DNA from: Chitinophaga pinensis
GTDB lineage: Bacteria > Bacteroidota > Bacteroidia > Chitinophagales > Chitinophagaceae
Assembly: GCA_943372845.1 (NCBI GenBank)
Contig: CALSAD010000015.1
Coordinates: 1,389 to 65,388 of the forward strand
DNA: 64,000 nt
Direction of reading: 5' to 3'
In this document: piece after piece, positions 17,801 through 26,766 of the stretch
Layout: each line of letters starts with the position of its first letter
How positions within the stretch are numbered: position 1 is the first letter of the stretch
Position numbers and translations under genes: made by a program
The notes under the pieces: model-generated
The model's input: only the letters and a program-made list of their open reading frames with translations
Told to the model about the DNA's origin: nothing
The model's database searches: none

Positions 17801-18069
17801 GTAAATACACCCTGTGCATTGGTAGTGGCACCCCGCTTAGTTCCCTTAATGGTAACGTTAACGCCTTCCAATGGTGTGTTCTTGGCGTCAGATACTTTTC
17901 CGGTTATGGTAGAGGGTGGGGGATTAAGGGCGGATAATTTGTTTTCCACCCTTCCGGCTTTTGCCGGAATTGCAATGGTCCCGGCTAATATCACAAAGCA
18001 TACCAAGCGTAGTATGCACGTGAAAGGGACTGCTGTAAAAGCATTCAGATTTGTCTTCATAAATGGCAA
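14815..18069 (-). CDS. SusC/RagA-family TonB-linked outer-membrane transporter
   Basis: Carboxypeptidase-regulatory-like N-domain (ITGKVSDAKNTPLEGVNVTIKG), plug (LDGVIYPGSLADINPNDIATVDILKDASSAAVFGARSANGVILISTKKG) and a long beta-barrel ending in an aromatic residue. No STN domain. Confidence 0.9.
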   Translation of the reverse strand: MPFMKTNLNAFTAVPFTCILRLVCFVILAGTIAIPAKAGRVENKLSALNPPPSTITGKVSDAKNTPLEGVNVTIKGTKRGATTNAQGVFTLANVPEKATLVFSFTGFGTKEVVTNGSPVTVSLTEEVSGLNDVVVVGYGTRTKKDLTGAVSQVKAAQLENENPRSIQDMLRGNAPGLDVGFDPSTKGAGASLQVRGKGTLTASSDPLIVLDGVIYPGSLADINPNDIATVDILKDASSAAVFGARSANGVILISTKKGKQGKPVITVNSNLGMNKLAKQPHLLNETEILQFRSDAQWAKTNFDSTSKPGIQYLFTDPSKLPSGFTLNQWFALNGANPAGDPVTEWFARNQFKPIELANYKAGKSLDWEKLIYNDKALQHDHTVSIAQRRDDYNYYFSLGYLTNEGLTVGDTYKTFRTRFNLEAKAAEFLTVGMNFQYSNRDESTVPVRFGDIASTTPWGSFYAPDGVTVRQSPNDDPGSNTHPFLDQAYTKRLYKYDNFFASLFAKGKLPFGFSYQVNFSPRYEGLREYQHVSALKPDVAARRGIVNRRNQTVYSWQLDNILRWNQKFGDHTFEATFLVNAEKFQSWNTNIQAENFAPNDNLGFNAIQAGTLPPIVSSDDQYETGDALMGRINYNYKQRYFLTVTARRDGYSAFGQLNPRATFPSAAFSWAISEERFMKNTNKWLDYAKVRISYGENGNRQIGRYAALANLTAGTYNFVTSGGTTYNTSYVTASNLANTNLKWERNSATNFGLDFSIFKGKVSGSIDVYNRTTKDLLVNRSLPTVTGFGSVLINLGEVQNKGFEFTVNTNNIQKKNFSWNSTFAIWANRNKIVHLYGATPDYDATGKQIGVSEKDDINNGWFIGKSISAVFDYPIDGVWQTADAAKAKTFGFTPGDFRLIDGDGDGKYTIADKRFIGDAAPKYSWNLRNEFKIYKNFDFSFTLYAKIGQITRFNEATNGERNQGLVFYDRVNFYQVPYWTPSNPSNEYGKLYGQRGGGITWNHFKKSSFIRLSNISLAYTIPTEITKKWKIDLLKVYFNVVNAGVFSDWKYFDPEYHGNGNTISGGTNIAPTPITYNFGLNVTL

Positions 18070-18195
18070 GTTGGTTTTGATGAATAACAGTAAGCAGGGG
18101 CAATCGAACCCTTTTTCAGCAAACTATTAATAGTATGTTAAATTAAAATACTTTCTGAAGTATCAATCAATCGGGAAGAATTTGTGGCACTATTT

Positions 18196-18215
18196 CTACG
18201 AAAAGGTTTTCGTAG
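18196..18215. promoter_or_regulatory. Candidate LacI operator in the susC / thuA divergent region
   Basis: CTACGAAAA-GG-TTTTCGTAG has perfect 9-bp arms and shares TTTTCGTA/TACGAAAA half-sites with 11433-11474. Confidence 0.55.
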
Positions 18216-18645
18216 ATTAAGTAATAGTTGGCGGTCAGTTAACGCTAAATTTAATCGTTGTTTACACTTCGCCAAAACAATTTAACGCTTGCTGAATGAG
18301 AAAAAATATTCTCTATCCATTTACATTGGAAGGGTTTTGCGCAACCCTTATGGCAAGGTTTCTTTTACGAAGTAAACAGCCTGTCTATCAATTTAGTATC
18401 ACTGCAAATGAACCCGTAGGCCAATTGGGGTTAGATAACCTGAACCATGTACTGGCGAACAAAATCGGGAACTCTTTTTTTACAGACGGATTTCTGCACA
18501 GGAATGCTGCATCTGTTTTTCTAAATAAGGTAAACCGGCAGGTGCGAAAAACTTTTGCAGCCGGGATAGTGTTTTGTAAGGATCTTTCCTCAACAATTTT
18601 TTTCGATACACCTTCTTATCATTTTTCAACTAAACTATTTGTAAC

Positions 18646-19491
18646 ATGCGTAAACCGGAATTGAAAAAATGCAAATGGATCTTTATATTGTTACTATGCG
18701 CTACTGCACAGGTATTGTTTGCAAAAGCACCGGGTACTTTAAAAGGCAGCAATGTATTGGTGTATACAAAGAATGGCAAAGGCTATGTGCATGATAATAT
18801 TGCTTCTGCAGTAGCCAGCATTAAAGAGTTGGGAAAAGCAAATGGATTTACGGTGACTGTTTCGGACGATGCAGCTGTTTTTACAGAAGCCAATCTAAAA
18901 AAATACAAGTTCCTTGTTTTTACCAGTACCAATAACGATGTGTTTGATACAGATGAACAACGGGTAGCTTTCAGAAGGTACATAGAAGCCGGTGGAGGTT
19001 TTGTTGGCGTACATTCCGTTACAGGAACGGAGCGCAACTGGAAATGGTTTAAACAGATGATCGGCGAAACTTTTTCCTGGCATGCGAAAGGACAAAAATT
19101 TCGTATAAAAAATATTGACCCCACACATCCTTCCATGAAAGGTGTTCCAACGAGTTGGGAACGAGAGGATGAATGTTATTTTGGAAAAGAACTGTACCCG
19201 GGTATGAAAGTGTTGATGGTGCATGACCTCAGTTCCTTGCAAACCGACCAGGCTGACCTGATACAAAAAAATCAGGGTTCTTTTGTAGATTATTATCCTG
19301 CCGTATGGTACCAGCATTTTGAAGGAGGGAATGTTTGGATCACTACCTTAGGGCATAGCAAAGAAAGTTATCAGGATGCGGTGTATAAAAATCATTTGTT
19401 ACAAGGGCTGAATTTTATCGCTAGCCAATATAAAGGATTAAATTATACCCGTGCACATGCCATTAAAAAAGACGATCCATTAAAAAACTAA
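18646..19491 (+). CDS. ThuA-domain protein (secreted)
   Basis: Signal peptide plus VLVYTKNGKGYVHDNIASAV.., FLVFTSTNNDVF and GGGFVGVHS, typical of the ThuA (trehalose-utilisation) fold. Confidence 0.8.
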   Translation: MRKPELKKCKWIFILLLCATAQVLFAKAPGTLKGSNVLVYTKNGKGYVHDNIASAVASIKELGKANGFTVTVSDDAAVFTEANLKKYKFLVFTSTNNDVFDTDEQRVAFRRYIEAGGGFVGVHSVTGTERNWKWFKQMIGETFSWHAKGQKFRIKNIDPTHPSMKGVPTSWEREDECYFGKELYPGMKVLMVHDLSSLQTDQADLIQKNQGSFVDYYPAVWYQHFEGGNVWITTLGHSKESYQDAVYKNHLLQGLNFIASQYKGLNYTRAHAIKKDDPLKN

Positions 19492-19495
19492 TACT

Positions 19496-20899
19496 ATGTC
19501 AGAGAAAAAACCATTCAACAGAAGAGATTTTGTGAAAACAACTTTCAAAAGTGGCGTAGCTACTTCGTTGGCCATTACCGGATTTCCTACCATTGTACCG
19601 GCTTCGGTATTTGGGAAAAATTCGCCAAGCAATCAACTCAATATTGCTGCCATTGGGGTAGGACGTATCTCACGCGATCATGATATGGCCGAAACGCTCA
19701 AGTATGATCATGCAAGGATTATGGCTGTGTGTGATGTAGACAGTAAACGCCTGGAAAACGGGAAAAAGTATGTAAACGATTTTTACACAAAGAAAACAGG
19801 TAAAGCATACGATGGCGTAACCATGTATAACGATCACCGGGAGTTGCTGTTAAATAAAGATATTGATGGGGTTCTAATCAGTACACCTGATCATTCGCAT
19901 GCGTATTTGGGCATACATGCAGTAGAAGCAGGTAAAGATGTGTATCTGCAAAAGCCCGCTTCTTTAACCATTGCAGAAGGAAGGGCTTTGAGTAATGCAG
20001 TTCACCGTACCGGAAGAATATTGCAGATTGGCAGCCAGCAAAGATCCTCCACGCAATTTCGTTATGCAGCTGAGTTGGTGCGCAATGGCCGTATTGGTAC
20101 ATTAAAAACCGTGTATGTAGGATTGCCCGGCGATCCTGGTGGAGACGAGGAACCTGAAATGCCCATCCCCAAAACATTGAATTACGATGCATGGCTTGGT
20201 TCAACACCCTATGCTTATTACACAGAAAAAAGAGTACATCCGCAAAACGATTATAGTCGCCCCGGTTGGTTACGTTGCGAACAGTTTGGTGCCGGTATGA
20301 TCACCGGTTGGGGTGCACACCATGTGGATTGTGCGCATTGGGGTATGGATACAGAATATACGGGCCCCATTCAAATCTCTTCTTCCAAAGCAGAATTTCC
20401 TTCGAAAGGATTATGGGATGTACATGGTCTTTTTCAAACAGAAGGGATCTATGCGAATGGCGTAAAAATGATCATCAGCAATGAACTGCCTAATGGAATT
20501 AAGTTTGAAGGAACAGAAGGCTGGATCTTTGTAACAAGAGGTAATTACCGCGCCAGTGCCAGTGATCCGGTACAGAGTGATTCAAATACAAAAGCACTTA
20601 CTGCCAGTAATAATAAAATCATTACTTCGGTAATCGGAGCGAATGAAATTAACCTGTACAAAAGTGAAGAGCAACATGGTAACTGGCTGGATTGTATCAG
20701 AACAAGAATGCAGCCGATATCTCCGGTAGAAGTGGGGCACCGTTCCTGCTCCACCTGTTTACTGCACCATATTGCGATGAAAGTGAAAAGAAAAATTAAC
20801 TGGGATCCGATGAATGAACGTTTCATTAATGATGATGAAGCCAATGGCATGTTGAACAGGCCGCATCGGTTTCCGTATGAGGTGAAGGGATTGGATTAA
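19496..20899 (+). CDS. Tat-exported Gfo/Idh/MocA-family oxidoreductase (ThuB-like position)
   Basis: Twin-arginine signal NRRDFVKT, Rossmann motif IAAIGVGRIS, and GKDVYLQKP. The start lies 5 nt after the ThuA stop. Confidence 0.85.
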   Translation: MSEKKPFNRRDFVKTTFKSGVATSLAITGFPTIVPASVFGKNSPSNQLNIAAIGVGRISRDHDMAETLKYDHARIMAVCDVDSKRLENGKKYVNDFYTKKTGKAYDGVTMYNDHRELLLNKDIDGVLISTPDHSHAYLGIHAVEAGKDVYLQKPASLTIAEGRALSNAVHRTGRILQIGSQQRSSTQFRYAAELVRNGRIGTLKTVYVGLPGDPGGDEEPEMPIPKTLNYDAWLGSTPYAYYTEKRVHPQNDYSRPGWLRCEQFGAGMITGWGAHHVDCAHWGMDTEYTGPIQISSSKAEFPSKGLWDVHGLFQTEGIYANGVKMIISNELPNGIKFEGTEGWIFVTRGNYRASASDPVQSDSNTKALTASNNKIITSVIGANEINLYKSEEQHGNWLDCIRTRMQPISPVEVGHRSCSTCLLHHIAMKVKRKINWDPMNERFINDDEANGMLNRPHRFPYEVKGLD

Positions 20900-20988
20900 G
20901 ATAGCTATTAGCTTTTAGCTGCTAGCTGTAAGTGATTAAGAGAAGTGATATATTATTGATGATACTATGAGCATTATATAAATAGATA

Positions 20989-22344
20989 ATGAAGAAGCAA
21001 AAAATTTTCTTAGCTGGGTATGGATTATTACTGATGACAAACCTGAATGCGCAGCAGCCGGTAAAATTGATTACGCTGGATCCGGGACATTTTCATGCGG
21101 CACTGGTACAGAAATCTATGTATCCGCAGGTAGATCCGGATGTACATGTATATGCTAAAAAAAGTGGTGATCTTGATCAGCATCTGGGTAGGATCAAGAG
21201 TTACAATGCATCCGCAACAGCGCCAACCAACTGGAATGAAATCGTATATGAAGGGGATGATTTTTTTGCAAAAATGTTACAGGAGAAAAAAGGCAATGTG
21301 GTGGTATTGGCAGGAAACAACCAATTGAAAACAGATTATATCCTGAAATCAATACAAGCGGGCTTTCATGTTTTTTCCGATAAGCCAATGGTGATTAACG
21401 AAAAAGGCTTTGGTCAGTTAAAAAAGGCATTTACCATTGCCAAACAAAAAAATAAATTGCTCTATGATATCATGACTGAGCGTTATGAAATCACTACTGT
21501 TTTGCAAAAGGCTTTTGCTATGCAGCCTTCTCTGTTTGGTGTATTGCAAAAGGGAACCTTGGCAGAACCTGCCGTAACCAAAGAAAGTATACACCATTTT
21601 TATAAATATGTATCGGGCTCTGTGCTTACACGCCCTGCCTGGTTTCTGGATGTAGAACAGGAAGGCGAAGGTATTGTGGATGTTACCACGCATCTAGTTG
21701 ATCTGGTACAGTGGGAATGCTTTCCCGGTGTAACATTGGATTATACAAAAGATATCAAAATTAATACGGCTAAAAGCTGGACAACCGGTATTAATAAAGA
21801 CCAGTTTACAGATGTAACCAAGCTAAAAGAAGTGCCCGCTTACCTTGCTAAATACACGGATAACAATAGTATAATAAATGTGCCCTGCAATGGGGAGATT
21901 AATTACACACTAAAAGGTGTGCACGCCAAAGTATCCGTGATCTGGAATTACAAAGCTCCTGATGGAACGGGCGATACGCATTACTCCATCATGCGCGGTA
22001 CCAAAGCCAACCTGGTGATCAGGCAGGGGGCGGAGCAGCAATTCAAGCCAACGCTGTATATAGAACCTTTACAGCCAACAGCAGCCTACGCGCAGGTGGC
22101 ACAAAAGGTTGCAGAAAAAATAGCACAACAGTATCCCGGTATTTCTTTGAAAAAAAATGAAAAAGGTTGGGAGGTGATTATTCCCGAATCATTTAAAGAA
22201 GGCCACGAAGCACACTTTGCAAGGGTTACAGAAAAATACCTCGAGTATCTTTCCAAAAAAAATATGCCGTCATGGGAAGTGCCGAATATGCTGGCCAAAT
22301 ATTACACCACTACGCAGGCACAAAAAATGGCTGCAAAAAAATAA
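20989..22344 (+). CDS. Secreted oxidoreductase-like protein (Rossmann-like N-domain plus putative oxidoreductase C-terminal domain)
   Basis: Sec signal, ITLDPGHFHAALVQ, and AGFHVFSDKPM. I recall this architecture from Bacteroidota proteins annotated as putative oxidoreductase C-terminal domain proteins. Confidence 0.6.
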   Translation: MKKQKIFLAGYGLLLMTNLNAQQPVKLITLDPGHFHAALVQKSMYPQVDPDVHVYAKKSGDLDQHLGRIKSYNASATAPTNWNEIVYEGDDFFAKMLQEKKGNVVVLAGNNQLKTDYILKSIQAGFHVFSDKPMVINEKGFGQLKKAFTIAKQKNKLLYDIMTERYEITTVLQKAFAMQPSLFGVLQKGTLAEPAVTKESIHHFYKYVSGSVLTRPAWFLDVEQEGEGIVDVTTHLVDLVQWECFPGVTLDYTKDIKINTAKSWTTGINKDQFTDVTKLKEVPAYLAKYTDNNSIINVPCNGEINYTLKGVHAKVSVIWNYKAPDGTGDTHYSIMRGTKANLVIRQGAEQQFKPTLYIEPLQPTAAYAQVAQKVAEKIAQQYPGISLKKNEKGWEVIIPESFKEGHEAHFARVTEKYLEYLSKKNMPSWEVPNMLAKYYTTTQAQKMAAKK

Positions 22345-22347
22345 GTT

Positions 22348-22959
22348 ATGAAAACACCTACTCGCATAACCAGATTGCTTTTCGTAAGCTGCCTGTTTTT
22401 TTTAGCTGCTGATGTTGTTGCACAGGTTAAATCCACAACTGCCTTACAGGGTACTTATCGAACCATTTTTGAAATGCTTCGCGATGTTCCCGGACTGGAA
22501 GTGAAAACAAGTACCGACCGCAGTGGTGGCAGTGTGATTGTAAGAGGGGTGAGCAGTTTGAATAACCAGAAGCCACCCTTGTTTGTAGTGGATGGCGCAG
22601 TATATGCCGGTGATATTTCAAGTATTAATCCCCAGGATGTGGATGCGATCAGTGTATTAAAAGATGCCGCTTCCGCTACAGCCTATGGCGCGCAGGGGGC
22701 AGCCGGTGTTATTTTGATCACCACCAAAAAAGGGCAAGGCCTTTCTTCAAAAGCGTCGGTTGTTTCGCATGAAGGGTCGGCGTACAAGTATTTTATTGAA
22801 AATAAAATTGCTTTAAAAGTCTTCGGACAGGATGAGAAAGTAATCATAGAAGGAGTGCCGCAAAAACAGGTAGAAGAATCCTTACTGTTTATCGTTAAGC
22901 GCAAGGAAGTAAAGATTCCCATAAAAGATATCAAGCGGGTTGAAATGATCAGGGATTAA
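22348..22959 (+). CDS. Stand-alone TonB-dependent-receptor plug-domain protein (no barrel)
   Basis: Signal peptide. LRDVPGLEVK..VIVRGVSSLNNQKPPLFVVDGAVYAGDISSINPQDVDAISVLKDAASATAYGAQGAAGVILITTKKG aligns with the plug of the SusC-like protein in this window. Only 203 aa. Confidence 0.7.
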   Translation: MKTPTRITRLLFVSCLFFLAADVVAQVKSTTALQGTYRTIFEMLRDVPGLEVKTSTDRSGGSVIVRGVSSLNNQKPPLFVVDGAVYAGDISSINPQDVDAISVLKDAASATAYGAQGAAGVILITTKKGQGLSSKASVVSHEGSAYKYFIENKIALKVFGQDEKVIIEGVPQKQVEESLLFIVKRKEVKIPIKDIKRVEMIRD

Positions 22960-23093
22960 AAAATACTGTTTTTGTTGCTGTAGCAATTCTTACAAACGGT
23001 TATATTACCGGTCTACATCGTTTTCGTAAATTAATATAGTCTCCTCTGCAGTTAGCAGGTGAAAAAGAACCAAATTCATACATCTTTAAATGA

Positions 23094-23924
23094 TTGTTTA
23101 CCATGGGATCGAGTGATCTTTTTTCTTTGCATAATAAAGTGATTGTTGTTACAGGCGGCACCGGAATATTGGGCGGTTCTTTTGTAAATGGTATAGCCGA
23201 TGCCGGCGGAACGGCTGTAATACTCGGTCGTAATGCAGCAGTGGCACAACAAAGAGCCGATGAAATCAATGCCCGCGGCGGTAAAGCATTTGCAGTAGTA
23301 GCAGATGTACTCGAAGAAGCGGATCTTATAAAAGCCAGGGATCTGATACTCGAAAAATTCGGAAGAATAGATGGACTGGTAAATGGCGCAGGTGGCAATA
23401 TGCCTGAAGGGGTGCTGCAACCAGAAGCGGATGTTTTCTCCATGAATATTGATGGCATGAAAAAAGCGATGGTACTGAATGTATGGGGCACCATTATTCC
23501 TACACAGGTATTTGGAGCGGCGATGGCGAAGAATGGTTCGGGTAGTATTGTTAATATTTCTTCTGTCAGTTCGCAACAGGCCGTTACCAAAGTGTTGGGT
23601 TACAGTATGGGAAAAGCGGCAGTAGACTGTTATACTAAATGGTTTGCCGTAGAAGTGGCCAACCGTTTTGGCGATGTCATTCGGGTAAATGCCATCATGC
23701 CGGGTTTCTTCCTTACCGAACAAAATAGAACGCTCTTAACCAAAACGGATGGCAGCTTTACAGACAGAGGTAATCTTGTTATAAAAAATACACCTTTTAA
23801 ACGCTTTGGAAAACCTGAGGAACTGGTAGGCGCATTGATTTATTTACTCAGCGATGCCTCCCGTTTTGTAACAGGTATGCAGTTGGGCGTTGATGGCGGG
23901 TTTACCGTATTCAGCGGTGTTTAA
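23094..23924 (+). CDS. SDR-family oxidoreductase, UxuB-type (fructuronate/D-mannonate oxidoreductase-like)
   Basis: TGGTGILG cofactor motif, NGAGGN, YSMGKAA catalytic motif. Sits directly upstream of uxaC. The start could be the Met at 23103. Confidence 0.7.
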   Translation: MFTMGSSDLFSLHNKVIVVTGGTGILGGSFVNGIADAGGTAVILGRNAAVAQQRADEINARGGKAFAVVADVLEEADLIKARDLILEKFGRIDGLVNGAGGNMPEGVLQPEADVFSMNIDGMKKAMVLNVWGTIIPTQVFGAAMAKNGSGSIVNISSVSSQQAVTKVLGYSMGKAAVDCYTKWFAVEVANRFGDVIRVNAIMPGFFLTEQNRTLLTKTDGSFTDRGNLVIKNTPFKRFGKPEELVGALIYLLSDASRFVTGMQLGVDGGFTVFSGV

Positions 23925-23941
23925 CATCCAAATAGAAACAC

Positions 23942-25345
23942 ATGAGTGATTTTTTTCTCAATGAAGATTTTTTGTTACTTGGTAAAACAGCACAACGCTT
24001 GTACCATGATCATGTAAAAGATCTTCCCATCATCGATTATCATTGCCATTTGCAGCCGGATGAAATAGCCGCTGATAAACAGTTTGCGAACCTTACTGAT
24101 ATCTGGCTGAAAGGAGATCATTATAAATGGCGTGCACTGCGTTCTTTAGGCGTATCTGAAAAGCTGATCACCGGAGATGGCAGTGATGAAGAAAAATTTA
24201 CAACTTGGGCAAAACTGGTTCCGCAAACGGTTCGTAATCCACTATTTCATTGGTCGCACATGGAATTGAAAAAGGTATTCGGTATCAATGAATACTTAAA
24301 TGAAACATCAGCCGGCAAAGTATATGCCCATTGTAATGAACTATTACAACAACCTTCGTACACTACAAAAGCTATTCTTCATTCTTTTAAAGTAGAATAC
24401 ATTGGTACTACCGATGAGCCATGGGACAGTTTGCAATACCATCAACAGCTTGCTGCTGAAAATTTCAGTATCAGGGTGTCTCCTTCTTTTCGACCTGATA
24501 AAGTGTTAATGATTGGCAACAAAGAAAACTTTTTTCACAATCTTGGATTGCTTGAAAAGAGTAGTGGCATACAAGTAACCAACATTAGCTCCCTGCTAGA
24601 GGCATTACAGAACCGTGTTAACTTTTTTCATGAGAACGGATGCCGTGTTTCCGATCATGGTTTAACACAAATGCCGGGTGCTTTTGATTTTTCTATGCAG
24701 TTGGAAACGGAGTTTGCTTCTTTTGTTGCCGACCGGAAAGGTGTTTATTCTGCACCGGAAAACTTTATGGGGTATGTGCTGTCTGAACTTTGTAAAATGT
24801 ACCATGCTAAACATTGGGTGCAGCAGTTTCATCTGGGCCCGATACGAAATAACAATACAAGATTGAATAAAAAACTGGGCGCAGACAGTGGGTTTGATTC
24901 TATCGGTGATTTTCCGCAGGCATTGCAGATGTCGTTGTTCTTTGATTATCTGGATCAAACGGATCAATTGGCCAAAACGGTTATCTACAATATCAATCCA
25001 TCAGATAACGAAGTATTTGCCAGTATGCTGGGTAATTTTAATGATGGTAGTGTGAAAGGTAAAATGCAATTCGGTTCGGGCTGGTGGTTTCTGGATCAGA
25101 AAGACGGAATGGAAAAACAACTGAATGCCTTATCTAATATGGGTATGTTCAGCACTTTTATTGGTATGATCACCGATAGCCGCAGTTTTCTTTCTTTTCC
25201 ACGTCACGAATATTTCAGAAGAATTGTATGTAATATGGTGGGTGAAGAAATGGACAAAGGAATGTTGCCCAACGATGAAAAATGGATGGGAGATATCCTG
25301 AAAAACATTTCTTACTATAATGCCAAAGAATATTTTAACCTCTAA
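23942..25345 (+). CDS. uxaC: Glucuronate isomerase
   Basis: IIDYHCHL motif and ~467 aa, collinear with the UxaC family. Confidence 0.92.
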   Translation: MSDFFLNEDFLLLGKTAQRLYHDHVKDLPIIDYHCHLQPDEIAADKQFANLTDIWLKGDHYKWRALRSLGVSEKLITGDGSDEEKFTTWAKLVPQTVRNPLFHWSHMELKKVFGINEYLNETSAGKVYAHCNELLQQPSYTTKAILHSFKVEYIGTTDEPWDSLQYHQQLAAENFSIRVSPSFRPDKVLMIGNKENFFHNLGLLEKSSGIQVTNISSLLEALQNRVNFFHENGCRVSDHGLTQMPGAFDFSMQLETEFASFVADRKGVYSAPENFMGYVLSELCKMYHAKHWVQQFHLGPIRNNNTRLNKKLGADSGFDSIGDFPQALQMSLFFDYLDQTDQLAKTVIYNINPSDNEVFASMLGNFNDGSVKGKMQFGSGWWFLDQKDGMEKQLNALSNMGMFSTFIGMITDSRSFLSFPRHEYFRRIVCNMVGEEMDKGMLPNDEKWMGDILKNISYYNAKEYFNL

Positions 25346-25348
25346 TAA

Positions 25349-26740
25349 TTGATTATGAAAAATAGTGTTCTCTTTCTTCTGTGTGCAGTTGTAATGATAA
25401 ATGGGTTGGCTCAGAAGAGCAATCCACAATGGGAATACCTGTTCAATGGCAAAGACCTGAAAGGATTTAAGCAACTGAATGGTAAAGCCAAATATGTGGT
25501 ACAGAATGGTGAGATTGTTGGCACTACGGTATTGAACGAACCCAATACATTTTTGGCTACCGAAAAAGAATATGGAGATTTTATTTTTGAAGTAGATTTT
25601 AAAGTGAATGATCACATGAATTCGGGTGTTCAGTTTCGGAGTGAGATGAAGGATGTAAATGATAAGTGTAACGTAACCGATAAAAAAACACCGGAAAGAG
25701 TGCATGGATACCAAATGGAGATTGATCCTTCAGACCGCGGATGGAGCGGTGGTGTGTATGATGAAGCCCGCAGGGGTTGGTTGTACTCAATGGAAAATAA
25801 TCCTGCTGCAAAAAATGCATTCAAGCACAACGACTGGAATCGTTATCGCATTGAATGTATTGGTAACAGTATTCGTACATGGGTTAATGGCATTGCCTGT
25901 GCCCACCTGATTGACGATATGACACCCAAAGGGTTTATTGCCCTGCAGGTACATGCTGTGAATGATGTGAAAAATGTGGGAGAAGAAATCCGTTGGAAGA
26001 ATGTACGTATCCAAACCAAAAACCTAAAACCAACACCTGATGATAATGTATTTGTGGTAAACACATTGATCAACCATATTTCTCCTGAGGAAAAAAGATT
26101 GGGCTATCGCTTACTGTTTGATGGTAAAACAACTGCGGGGTGGAGAGGTGCAGGTAAAGAAACTTTTCCCACCGGGGCCTGGTATGTAGAGAATGGAGAA
26201 TTGCATGTAAACAAAGGCAAAGGAGCCGAATCGCAGAATGGCGGAGATATTGTAACACAGGATGAATTCAGTGCCTTTGATCTTCAGTTTGAATTTCAAT
26301 TAACGGAAGGAGCTAATTCGGGTGTAAAATATTTTGTAACCGAAAAAGAAAAAACAACCGGTTCTGCTATCGGGTTGGAATACCAGGTATTGGATGATGA
26401 TAAACATCCCGATGCTAAAATGGGTTCTATCGGTAACCGCACCATTGCATCTTTATATGATCTCATTCCCGCTAAAAAGAATGGGCGTGAAAAAATTCCT
26501 ATTGGTCAGTGGAACCGTGGCCGGGTAACCGTTTTCCCTGATGGCAGGGTAGAGCATTGGATCAATGGATGGAAAGTATTGGAATACCAGCGTGGTACAC
26601 AGTATTTCTATGCATTGGTAGCCAAAAGCAAGTATGCTAAAATTCCTGATTTCGGAATGGCTGCCAAAGGGCATATCTTACTACAAGAACATGGCGATCA
26701 TGTAGCTTATCGTAGTATTAAAATCAAAGAACTCAAATAA
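25349..26740 (+). CDS. Secreted protein with two tandem DUF1080 (3-keto-disaccharide hydrolase-like) domains
   Basis: Two repeats of the NGKDLKGF/ FDGKTTAGW ... NGE(I/L) ... LQ(V/E)HG..V.(W/Y)(K/R).I.I pattern. The protein ends with LLQEHGDHVAYRSIKIKEL. Confidence 0.8.
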   Translation: MIMKNSVLFLLCAVVMINGLAQKSNPQWEYLFNGKDLKGFKQLNGKAKYVVQNGEIVGTTVLNEPNTFLATEKEYGDFIFEVDFKVNDHMNSGVQFRSEMKDVNDKCNVTDKKTPERVHGYQMEIDPSDRGWSGGVYDEARRGWLYSMENNPAAKNAFKHNDWNRYRIECIGNSIRTWVNGIACAHLIDDMTPKGFIALQVHAVNDVKNVGEEIRWKNVRIQTKNLKPTPDDNVFVVNTLINHISPEEKRLGYRLLFDGKTTAGWRGAGKETFPTGAWYVENGELHVNKGKGAESQNGGDIVTQDEFSAFDLQFEFQLTEGANSGVKYFVTEKEKTTGSAIGLEYQVLDDDKHPDAKMGSIGNRTIASLYDLIPAKKNGREKIPIGQWNRGRVTVFPDGRVEHWINGWKVLEYQRGTQYFYALVAKSKYAKIPDFGMAAKGHILLQEHGDHVAYRSIKIKELK

Positions 26741-26766
26741 TTTCTCACCATTATAACGATTCTCAT

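Noticed and set aside
18296-18664. 122-aa plus-strand ORF in the susC / thuA intergenic region
   Set aside because: No recognisable domain. It overlaps the ThuA start, and its composition looks like translated A/T-rich leader DNA. More likely a long 5' untranslated or regulatory region.
23000-23723. Two overlapping minus-strand ORFs (196 aa and 215 aa)
   Set aside because: Both are antisense to the SDR gene, which has intact cofactor and catalytic motifs. Their sequences have no recognisable features.
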